The notes under the pieces are model-generated. The model saw only the letters and a list, made by a program, of their open reading frames with translations, was not told where the DNA came from and did not search any database. 32,000 nt of DNA from Pyrodictium abyssi (lineage in GTDB: Archaea; Thermoproteota; Thermoprotei_A; Sulfolobales; Pyrodictiaceae): the NCBI RefSeq assembly GCF_036323395.1, contig NZ_AP028907.1:270001-302000 (forward strand), given 5' to 3'. The position numbers and the translations under genes were made by a program. Below are positions 1 to 11,860 of this stretch, piece after piece; the stretch's first letter is position 1, and each line of letters begins with the position of its first letter.

Positions 1-24
1 AGGCCCGCAAGAGGCACAGGGGCG

Positions 25-210
25 TTGAAGCCCCACCGCCCAGCAGCAGGGCTCGCAACCCTCCTCCTACTAGCCATCATAGCCAACAGCACCGTAGTGC
101 TCCACATTACACACATCTACAAGACCCAGTACACCCTATACCCTAGCAAATGGCGCATAGGACTACCAATAATCATCTTGCTAGCAGCCTCCAGCACCTA
201 TGCTACATGA
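25..210 (+). CDS. small predicted membrane protein, two hydrophobic segments (start may lie further upstream or outside the window)
   Basis: 61-aa ORF with hydrophobic runs LATLLLLAIIANSTVVL and IGLPIIILLAASS; stop TGA 208-210 overlaps the ATG of the next ORF (ATGA). Confidence 0.4.
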   Translation: MKPHRPAAGLATLLLLAIIANSTVVLHITHIYKTQYTLYPSKWRIGLPIIILLAASSTYAT

Positions 211-425
211 TCCTCTCCTCTAGAAGACTCGACAAGGTTACCAAAGCTATATGCATACTCACTGTTGCGGCAAACTGGGGCTCACTCGCCACCCTAGCAC
301 TATACACACACGACGTACTCGTCTACACAGGCCTAGCAGCATCACTCATACTCGGCACAACCATACTATACACCCTACAGCGCATAGAGACACCCACGCA
401 CCAGAAGAGGCCTCTAGCCTCCTAG
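207..425 (+). CDS. small predicted membrane protein translationally coupled to the previous ORF
   Basis: ATG at 207-209 overlaps the upstream TGA. The protein MILSSRRLDKVTKAICILTVAANWGSLATLAL...GLAASLILGTTILYTL has two TM-like segments. Confidence 0.42.
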   Translation: MILSSRRLDKVTKAICILTVAANWGSLATLALYTHDVLVYTGLAASLILGTTILYTLQRIETPTHQKRPLAS

Positions 426-736
426 CACACCTCCCGGCCAGTCCACACAGCCACATAGCCCCCAGAGAACCCGCCACGACGCCGCCTCTTCTCATCAGCA
501 GCCCGGACCAGGTCCCCCAGACCCAGCCCCCGAAGCCGGAGCCACTCACGCAGAGCCTCAAACAAGTCAGCAGCCTCCTCGATAGACCCCGACTCAGCCA
601 GCTCCATAGCTTCCTCCACGATCTTAGCCCTCAGAAGCGCCTCCAGCTCCGAGCCAGAAACCCTGTAGACGACAACACCCTCCTGGCCCTCGAGCTCCCT
701 CCCAATCCCGTCGCGCACAAGTTTCCAACACACCAA
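422..736 (-). CDS. MazG-like / phosphoribosyl-ATP pyrophosphohydrolase-like nucleotide pyrophosphohydrolase
   Basis: Protein WKLVRDGIGRELE...LEALLRAKIVEEAMELAESGSIEEAADLFEALREWL matches the KLVRDkI...KL.EEa.E......eE.aDl.E pattern. The hydrophobic N-terminus in the ORF track looks spurious; a TTG/GTG start near 736/733 follows a G-rich SD-like run. Confidence 0.75.
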   Translation of the reverse strand: MVCWKLVRDGIGRELEGQEGVVVYRVSGSELEALLRAKIVEEAMELAESGSIEEAADLFEALREWLRLRGLGLGDLVRAADEKRRRRGGFSGGYVAVWTGREVC

Positions 737-973
737 CCCCAGGACCCCAGCACCAAGAATCCGGAAGGGAAGCCAATAAGCCAATAGAACACGCAGAACC
801 AGAAGCGCCGGCATACAAGCCAGAGGCACAAGCCCCCAGAAACAAGAGCACATCGAGGACACAACAATTCAAACAGGAGGTGGAACCGACAGAAGCCGGA
901 TACCAGTGGAACACATCACGCAGCGAAGAGCGGGGGCCCAGACCCCGCAGCTAGGACCCAGGGGCCCTAGGCC

Positions 974-989
974 CCGGGCCCTGGACCCC
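974..989 (-). repeat. distal arm of the 23S rRNA processing stem
   Basis: CCGGGCCCTGGACCCC (974-989) is the exact reverse complement of GGGGTCCAGGGCCCGG at 4158-4173; the pair brackets the 23S gene. Confidence 0.75.
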
Positions 990-1049
990 TTGGCGGGCCA
1001 CGCAGCCCTATACCCAGCGTGGCCCGCCCCCGGGCGAGAAGCCCACGGC

Positions 1050-4140
<3,091 letters not shown>

Positions 4141-4157
4141 TGAGACCCGCCCAGGGC

Positions 4158-4173
4158 GGGGTCCAGGGCCCGG
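4158..4173 (-). repeat. proximal arm of the 23S rRNA processing stem
   Basis: Exact 16-nt inverted match to 974-989. Confidence 0.75.
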
Positions 4174-4228
4174 TCTAGCCGGCCCCTGGGCCCTACCTCC
4201 GCCCACCGGGCCCGTTTGGGCCCCCAGG

Positions 4229-4242
4229 CCCGGGATAGCAGG
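4229..4242 (-). repeat. 16S rRNA processing stem arm (ITS side)
   Basis: CCCGGGATAGCAGG is the exact reverse complement of CCTGCTATCCCGGG at 5823-5836; the pair brackets 16S. Confidence 0.75.
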
Positions 4243-4281
4243 GCAACCGGTAGTGGCCCGTTGCGGGCCCCTTGCAGCCAC

Positions 4282-5778
<1,497 letters not shown>

Positions 5779-5822
5779 CACGGCCGCAAGGCGGGCCCGT
5801 GGCCGGGCCACCCCGGTGCCGG

Positions 5823-5836
5823 CCTGCTATCCCGGG
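5823..5836 (-). repeat. 16S rRNA processing stem arm (leader side)
   Basis: CCTGCTATCCCGGG, inverted match to 4229-4242. Confidence 0.75.
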
Positions 5837-5890
5837 TGCCCGGGGTCTGGCCCCGGGCCCGGTGGGCGGGCGGGGTCTGGGCCCCCGTCA

Positions 5891-5934
5891 GGCCCAAGCG
5901 TCCCAGGGGTACGGCCCCTGGGTTTGCTTGGGCC
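5891..5934 (-). other. stable hairpin in the rRNA 5' leader
   Basis: GGCCCAAGC(5891-5899)/GCTTGGGCC(5926-5934) plus CCCAGGGG(5902-5909)/CCCCTGGG(5915-5922) around a 5-nt loop. Confidence 0.65.
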
Positions 5935-6025
5935 CCCATTATTCGCCGCGTGATCGTCCCGCGCGCCCCGCCGGGTTGTCTCCCCGGCGGGGCTCGCCGT
6001 GTTTGGGGCTTACCGGGCTAGGAGA

Positions 6026-6040
6026 GAATATAAGTATTTC
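6026..6040 (-). promoter_or_regulatory. candidate BRE/TATA box of the rRNA operon
   Basis: Minus-strand GAAATACTTATATTC, an AT-rich element in GC-rich surroundings, ~250 nt upstream of 16S. Confidence 0.65.
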
Positions 6041-6672
6041 GGGGACGTGTTGTGTTAACTCTTCAGAGCCGCTGTATCCCGGTAAAACCCGGTGTTACTG
6101 AGGCATTTTCAATACCGTGACTTGCTCGCCGGCCCGGATGGGTATATGCCTCATCATACCTGATTTAAGACTCTCGGCTAACGTGTTCTACAGCGTCTCC
6201 CTGGCATGAGAGCGCCACGGTAGCTGTGAAGTGGGGCTAGCATCTTCTATGCGGCACATTATACTGTGATGTGGTGGGCGCACCAGGGGATTGCCTTGGA
6301 GCGGGTATCGGGGCACAAAGCCTATTCCCCATTACAGATAATGCTGGTAGGGGCTGTGTGCCGCAGAGCCAGAGGGCAGGGCAGCCCCGCCGGAGGCCGG
6401 GGCCGCGGGGGAGGAGAGGAGCCGAGAGGAGGGGCGTGAGCATGCGCCCTGGGGAGGACTGGCCCGCTGGGCACCGGGGCCGGGACCGGCTGTGACAGGA
6501 GAAGGGGGTGTGGTGTGCCCCCGGCTGGAGGCTAGACCGCCCATCCCCCGCCGGGCTTTGCCCGGCGTCGCGGCTGCGCCGCCGCCGGGAAGCCGGGGGC
6601 CGTGTAGAGGGCGTACCCGGGGGCGCTGTGTATCTGGGTTTCCCTCCAGGGGTGGAGGAGTGTGCTGCCGGG

Positions 6673-7842
6673 CTAGGGGGCGGGGAGCCCGGCCTCCTCG
6701 GCTACTGTCTCCCTCAGCCTGCGTAGGCAGCCCTCGCGGAGCCTTGGCCCCGCTTCTCCCTCCTCTAGGCACTCTCTGGGCGTGTCGTCTGGGCCTAGCC
6801 TCTCCTCGAGAGCCTCGAGGACTCTAGGTGGTAGCCCTCTCCTGTAGACGTCCTCGCAACCGTAGAGCCCCTTGATCAGGCGGGCTGCTACCGCTTCTAC
6901 CGCTGCGCCGGCTGCTAGGGCCCGTACCGCCTCGGCTGGGAACACTAGGTGGTGTACCAGGACTCCTCCGATCTTCTTCTTTGAGAGCTGTGTGGCAGCG
7001 GTATACGCGTCTACCGCCGCGCGGAGGAGGCCTGCGAGCTTCGCAGCCGGGTCGCTGGCCCCACAGGCGCTGTAGGCTAGGGGCAGTAGCCAGCGGCGGC
7101 GGGCGAAGAGGAGGCTAATGAGCGTCAGTGTGTGCTCCCGCCCTGGCGCGGGGGCCCGGCCTCTAGGGGTCCGTGGCTCCAGGAGCCGCTTGGGCGGCTT
7201 ACTGGGGGCTAGCGACATGGTGTAGCGGGCTGCCTGTAGCCAGTCCATCGACGCGTACTCTACGAGCTCTACCGCGTCTCCGCGCCGGGCAGGGTGGGGC
7301 CGCTGCTCAGCAGTCACAGCCTCGAGCCTGGCTCCGAGGAGCGCCGCTGCAGCCGCAGCCGCCTCGAGGGATAGTGCCTGTAGCGCGCTGTGCCCCTCCT
7401 CGTCCAGGACCACGTAGACCGATTGTGGGGGCCTGCGGCTCTGCCGGGCCGTCTCTAGGACCGCGTACAGCATGAAGGCTAGGGCGTCGCCGGGCGCTGC
7501 GGTGAACCTCCAGCCGCCCATCACTCCTCTCCAGGGCACGACGTGGTAGCTTGTGCGGCGGCAGGCCGAGAGGGGGAGGCGTAGGCCGCAGTGCCTCTCC
7601 ATGTAGCCGCGTAGCTTCTCTACCACCTCGCTATAGGCCTCGGAGCGGGGGAAGGCGCCTACCTGTGGCCACACACTGTAGGTGTCTGGTACTAGTACTA
7701 GGCCGGTGTTATCGTAGATGTTTGGGTCCAGCAGAGGCGCTACCGGGTCCAGCGCCTCGGCCGCTGCAGCGCCGTAGATATATTCGAGCCTCTCGCTCCT
7801 CCGGAAGGGGCTACCCATAGCGTATACCGCTAGCCCGGGCAA
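6673..7842 (-). CDS. divergent CARF-domain-like protein (resembles the Csx1/MJ1666 family), tentative
   Basis: N-terminal MGSPF..., beta-strand-like GLVLVPDTY, then VYVVLDEEGHSALQALSLEAAAAAAALLGARLEAV at the position where CARF proteins carry a (V/I)DLTHG-like motif. Alignment by eye only. Confidence 0.45.
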   Translation of the reverse strand: MPGLAVYAMGSPFRRSERLEYIYGAAAAEALDPVAPLLDPNIYDNTGLVLVPDTYSVWPQVGAFPRSEAYSEVVEKLRGYMERHCGLRLPLSACRRTSYHVVPWRGVMGGWRFTAAPGDALAFMLYAVLETARQSRRPPQSVYVVLDEEGHSALQALSLEAAAAAAALLGARLEAVTAEQRPHPARRGDAVELVEYASMDWLQAARYTMSLAPSKPPKRLLEPRTPRGRAPAPGREHTLTLISLLFARRRWLLPLAYSACGASDPAAKLAGLLRAAVDAYTAATQLSKKKIGGVLVHHLVFPAEAVRALAAGAAVEAVAARLIKGLYGCEDVYRRGLPPRVLEALEERLGPDDTPRECLEEGEAGPRLREGCLRRLRETVAEEAGLPAP

Positions 7843-8123
7843 GGCTCCAGCCTACACCCATGAGAGCCCTGCCCCCACCGAGGAGGAAAAGAAGGATACC
7901 CGGGGACGGGGAGAGGGACGGGGCCGCGCACCGGCAGCACACTCCCGCGCCGCGCGGGCACGTGCAGCGCGTGTAGCGGGCAAGGCGGCTCGGTGCGCGG
8001 CCTCGCCCACACCGCCCGGGAGAAGCGCTGGGGCGAGGGGCTTCGGGTGTCCGGCAGAGCATCCTCACAGCCCTAGGGAGGGGCGCAGGCGAGGAGTAGA
8101 CGAGGAGCCGGTGGACGTGGGGG

Positions 8124-8200
<77 letters not shown>

Positions 8201-8221
8201 ACCCTCCATGAGTCTAGCTGG

Positions 8222-8248
8222 CAGACGCTATAACCGGTCTATAAGCGT
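8222..8248 (-). promoter_or_regulatory. candidate TATA element(s) for tRNA-Ala
   Basis: Minus strand CTTATAGACCGGTTATAGC; the proximal TTATAG is ~30 nt upstream of the tRNA 5' end. Confidence 0.5.
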
Positions 8249-8643
8249 TCCTCCCGGCAGCGCCTCCCGGGGAGTCCTTCAGGAGCGTCTGGCAGAGCCG
8301 GGGAGCCACGGGGCCCAGAAGCGGGGGCTCTGATGCGGGCCTTACCGCCATCCCCCGCGCCCTGGCGGGGTTAGCGAGAGCTAGCTGGGTCTTACAACCC
8401 GGGTTCCCTCTTCATGGCCCCCAGTTTGTACGCCGACAGCCCCGGGATACACTGCTATTTGCGGCGCGGCCGCCAGGCCCGGGGGAGGGGCACGGAGACC
8501 TATATTAGGCCACTCCTAGGCGAGAGCACAGCGACACGGAAGGAGGGCCGCCTCCGGAGAGCCCGCCCGCCGGGGCGGGTGATGAGGCTCAGCGGCCTCG
8601 CGTCGTGAGCACCCATAGCAGAGGGCGCTGTGACGCGTGAGAG

Positions 8644-8719
8644 GCCGCCGTAGCTCAGCCGGTAGAGCGCGGGGCTGTGGACCCCGAGGTCCCGGGTTCA
8701 AATCCCGGCGGCGGCCCCA
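8644..8719 (+). tRNA. tRNA-His(GTG), CCA encoded
   Basis: GCCGCCG TA GCTC...CTGTGGA anticodon loop...CCGGGTTCAAATCCCGG CGGCGGC C CCA. A G precedes the acceptor stem (G-1) opposite discriminator C73, as in tRNA-His. Confidence 0.95.
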
Positions 8720-9065
8720 CTCGAGCCACCCTCCCAGCAAACCTTCCCGACTCCTCTCCGCCCCTAGCCACTCGCCCTTACCCGGCTACTCCTCCCGCTA
8801 CGGCAGCTCATTCATCACGTAACACCCATGGACGGCGGCGAACCCCTGCTATCTCTAATTTAAATATTATAACTAGTCATTTGATGCATCATACAAGGTG
8901 CTACAAGCACCGTTGCTGTAGGCACAGCATGGACCGCGAACCTAGTGCCCGTATCCGGCTGGGGCCAGCCCCCGGGATACAGGCTGGCTGCGCTGGAGGA
9001 GCAGGGGCGCGCCAGGCGGGTGTCCCAGTTTATCACTGGGTGCTGCATATGTGACAGCTACACAT

Positions 9066-9406
9066 GGCCCCCGGGCCCCGGCTGGCCGCCGACGGGCCCC
9101 TTAGGGGGCCCGAGGAAACTCCGCCCTCCCCGCGGCACCGGGGCCCCGCAAGGGGCGCGGGTGACACCCGCGGCAACGGCACAGAAACGGCACGCCCGCC
9201 CGCGGGAGGACGGTGATGCGGCGAGGGCCCGCCGGCGACGGCGGGCCAGTAACCCGCTGAGGACCCGGGCGGGTGCGTTGAAACGGCCGTCCCCTGGGGA
9301 GCAAGGCGGCGCGCCGATGAGGGCCGCGCGAGTGGCGCGCCGGGGACCGCTTAGTCGAATGCGGCCGTAGGTACAGAAGGCGGGTTATAGCCGGGGCCCG
9401 GGGGCC
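9066..9406 (+). ncRNA. rnpB: RNase P RNA
   Basis: P1: GGCCCCCGGGCCCCGGC (9066-9082) is perfectly complementary to GCCGGGGCCCGGGGGCC (9390-9406). P2: GGCCGC (9084-9089) pairs with GCGGCC (9361-9366). P3 hairpin GGGCCCC-TTA-GGGGGCCC. Conserved GAGGAAACTCCGCCC, TTAGTCGAATG and ACAGAAGGCGGGTTATA. Confidence 0.96.
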
Positions 9407-9492
9407 TACTGCCCTGCTTCTGGCCCGAGGAGGGGGACTCATCGCTACATATTAGGTGTATGCTAGCGGTTCTGGCCCCTGGGTGGCCCTGG

Positions 9493-9903
9493 ATGGGTAG
9501 GAGGAGGCGTAAGTATAGGAAGCCACAGCTGCTGAGGGCGCCTAGGGCGCTCCCCACCATATTCGACTGCCCCCACTGCGGCGCCCGCGCTGTTAGCGTG
9601 GAGATGCGGAAGAAGGAGAAGAACGAGCGTGGAGAGATCAAGGCTGTGGTTAAGTGCGGTAAGTGTGGCCTCTACGCCGAGATGTGGGTGCCCGAGATAT
9701 TCCAGCCTGTTGACGTGTACTCGAAGTTCCTGGACGCCTATCTAGAGGGTAGGCTCGAGTACACGTTCATCAAGGAGGGCGGGGAAGCTACCCTGTCGCT
9801 CGAGGAGCTGGCATCGGAGGGCGAGGAAGGAGAGGAGGCGGTTGAGGGTGGCGAAGCCTGGGAGAGTGGAAGCGGCGCTGAGGAGGAAGGTAGAGGCTGG
9901 TGA
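9493..9903 (+). CDS. Elf1-like zinc-ribbon transcription elongation factor
   Basis: MGRRRRKYRKP...IFDCPHCGARAVSVEMRKKEKNERGEIKAVVKCGKCGLYAEMWVPEIFQPVDVYSKFLDAYLEG, with CxxC...CxxC and an acidic tail. ATG 9493 preferred because a TATA-like CATATTAGG sits at ~9448. Confidence 0.85.
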   Translation: MGRRRRKYRKPQLLRAPRALPTIFDCPHCGARAVSVEMRKKEKNERGEIKAVVKCGKCGLYAEMWVPEIFQPVDVYSKFLDAYLEGRLEYTFIKEGGEATLSLEELASEGEEGEEAVEGGEAWESGSGAEEEGRGW

Positions 9904-10591
9904 GAAGCTCTTCTTCCTCCTATCCGACCCCGAGAAGCCTCTAGACGTGGAAGTAGTAGCGCGGTTCGAGGAGAGCGGAGCGGACGCGCTACTGATAGGC
10001 GGTAGCCTCAACGTGACACCATACGACATAGACAGCTACATCTCGGCTCTCCGCGAGCACGGCGTGAAACTGCCCACCATACTGTTCCCGGGCGGGCTTA
10101 ACAACGTGGCCCGGAGCGCGGACGCTATACTCTTCATGTCGCTGCTCAATAGCCTCGACTCCTACTGGCTGATAGGCGCGCAGGTCTCAGCAGCGCTGCT
10201 GGTAAAGCGCCTAGGGCTAGAGGCCATACCCACTGCCTACATCATAGTGGGGCACGGAGGCGCTGCCGGGCATATCGGCCGTGCACAGCCTGTCCCGCTC
10301 GAGAATGTGTACATAGTAGCGGCCTACGCCGCTGCTGCCGAGCTGCTAGGCTTCCGCGCCATATACCTTGAGGCTGGCTCTGGGTCGCCCCACCCTATAC
10401 CGGTCGAGGCGGTAAGGCATGCTAGGGCTGTTACCGAGGACATACTGCTGATAGCGGGCGGCGGGATAAAGTCGCCAGAGTACGCAAGGAGCCTTGTAGA
10501 CAGCGGGGCTGATGCTATAGTCGTCGGCACCCTGGCCGAGACAAACCCCGAGAAAGCCCTGGGTATACTGGAGAGGGTGAAGAAGAGGTAG
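9842..10591 (+). CDS. geranylgeranylglyceryl phosphate synthase (GGGP synthase)
   Basis: LFFLLSDPEKP...ADALLIGGSLNV...PTILFPGG...PTAYIIVGHGG...YLEAGSGSPHPIP...LLIAGGGIKSPEYARSLVDSGADAIVVGT. TTG start with an SD-like run upstream. Confidence 0.93.
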   Translation: MRVAKPGRVEAALRRKVEAGEKLFFLLSDPEKPLDVEVVARFEESGADALLIGGSLNVTPYDIDSYISALREHGVKLPTILFPGGLNNVARSADAILFMSLLNSLDSYWLIGAQVSAALLVKRLGLEAIPTAYIIVGHGGAAGHIGRAQPVPLENVYIVAAYAAAAELLGFRAIYLEAGSGSPHPIPVEAVRHARAVTEDILLIAGGGIKSPEYARSLVDSGADAIVVGTLAETNPEKALGILERVKKR

Positions 10592-10620
10592 CCGGCTGGG
10601 AGCGCCCCGGGGGGGCTCTT

Positions 10621-10932
10621 CTAGCCGTCTTTCTGGATAGGCTGCTCCTGCCCAGACTCTCTACTAGTACAGCCCACTGCCTGGAGCTCGCCACCATACT
10701 TCTCTACGAGAGCCTTCTCGGCGTCTATACCCATCATCGCCGCTATGCTGAGCGTCCACGCAAGCACATCCGCTATCTCCTCTGCAACCTGCTTCCTGTC
10801 GCCCTTGAGGAGTGCTTCTCCCAGTTCCCCTACTTCTTCAACGAGCCAGGTAAAGGTGGCATAGACCCCTCTGCCAGCATCCCGGTAGCCAAAGGCTCTC
10901 TCCATAGCCTTCTGGATACACGAGATCTTCAA
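10621..10932 (-). CDS. MazG-like nucleotide pyrophosphohydrolase
   Basis: FTWLVEEVGELGEALLKGDRKQVAEEIADVLAWTLSIAAMMGIDAEKAL: EExxE...EExxD motif. Confidence 0.85.
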   Translation of the reverse strand: MKISCIQKAMERAFGYRDAGRGVYATFTWLVEEVGELGEALLKGDRKQVAEEIADVLAWTLSIAAMMGIDAEKALVEKYGGELQAVGCTSRESGQEQPIQKDG

Positions 10933-11142
10933 GGCCTGGTACCACCCTCCCCATACACTAGCTATAGCGCATCATGCCTTCAAGACATGACTGCATCGCG
11001 TGAACCGGGCAGAGTTAGGTAGAATTAGAACCTATACGCGTCAACCTCGGCTATGCTGCCGCATCACGGGCAAACCGGTTGCAATTATGAATGGGAGAGG
11101 GGAGTATACTGAGGAGCCCCCTGGACAAGTGGAGCCCCGGGC

Positions 11143-11340
11143 TTATATTAGGCTGAAAAGCACAATCGCTGCAATGAACCCCATGGTGATCATCATTACG
11201 TGGATAGGCTTTATCCTGAATACTGCGTCTTCCTCGCTGAAGGCTAGTAGACCAGCAGCTGTGAACACTGTTGGTGCTGTATCTTTGCTCTTCTCCTCCT
11301 TCTTGCTATCCTTCTTCGTGCTCCGAGGCACGGAGCCCAC
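11143..11340 (-). CDS. preprotein translocase Sec61-beta/SecG subunit
   Basis: 65 aa: charged N-terminus, PTVFTAAGLLAFSEEDAVFRIKPIHVMMITMGFIAAIVLFSLI, single C-terminal TM, typical archaeal Sec61-beta layout. Confidence 0.85.
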   Translation of the reverse strand: MGSVPRSTKKDSKKEEKSKDTAPTVFTAAGLLAFSEEDAVFRIKPIHVMMITMGFIAAIVLFSLI

Positions 11341-11860
11341 ACACCCTGGTGCGTATCCGGGGCTGGGGAGTGTCTTACCTCTTTCCCTCTACGCGTGTGC
11401 CCCGGGGGCCCGGACACCGGGCCGCCCAGCACACACTCTGTCCCACTACCGACCCACTCCACAGGAAAGCTAGGGGTCGTATGACTAATCGGTAAAGCTA
11501 TTAGATAGATTTTTACACTATTACTCTGGGAGCCACCCCTGCTGTTCTAGTGGATAAGTGAGCTACCGGTATCGGGTTATTGCCGAGTACATAGCTAGCC
11601 TCATTAGTATTGAATGAAAGTTTAGGCAAACACATCTAGATGGAATAGAATAGAGATATAAGGTTTCCAGAATATCATGGATTGTATTGTCTGTTAAATG
11701 CAAGGCTATGTCTGTGGTTGTACGTGGCTACTGGAAGCTGTGGGGTCCCCGGAAGTTCCACGGCCCGGGCTTCTGTTATGGCTCCAGCTGGGTGGGACGT
11801 CGTCACTGTGTCTGTGGTGGGTTTCTGGTGGGCTCCAGTGGAAGGCGAGGGGTTGTTTAC

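Noticed and set aside
4141-4281. Possible tRNA-Ala in the 16S-23S spacer
   Set aside because: The spacer is ~140 nt and filled by processing-stem sequences; no cloverleaf or TTCAAAT motif.
6041-6660. Search for a CRISPR array near the CARF-like gene
   Set aside because: No regularly spaced direct repeats seen; short GC-rich similarities are compositional.
6332-6827. ORFs 6332..6772 (-) and 6492..6827 (+)
   Set aside because: Pro/Arg/Gly-rich low-complexity translations, partly antisense to the better-supported 6673..7842 ORF.
8578-8640. GGTGATGAGGCTCAGC as a possible C/D box sRNA start before tRNA-His
   Set aside because: No D box (CTGA) at suitable distance and no internal boxes.
8677-9370. 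Track ORFs 8677..9054 and 8945..9370 as proteins
   Set aside because: The first begins in tRNA-His and the second runs through most of the RNase P RNA; at most a shorter peptide before 9066 could be real.
8503-11150. Recurring TATATTAGG-like motif (about 8503, 9448, 11140)
   Set aside because: One copy is inside the Sec61-beta coding sequence and another looks like an ordinary TATA box; too short to claim a shared element.
11000-11495. Plus-strand ORFs 11000..11473 and 11271..11495
   Set aside because: Antisense to the Sec61-beta gene and lacking family features.
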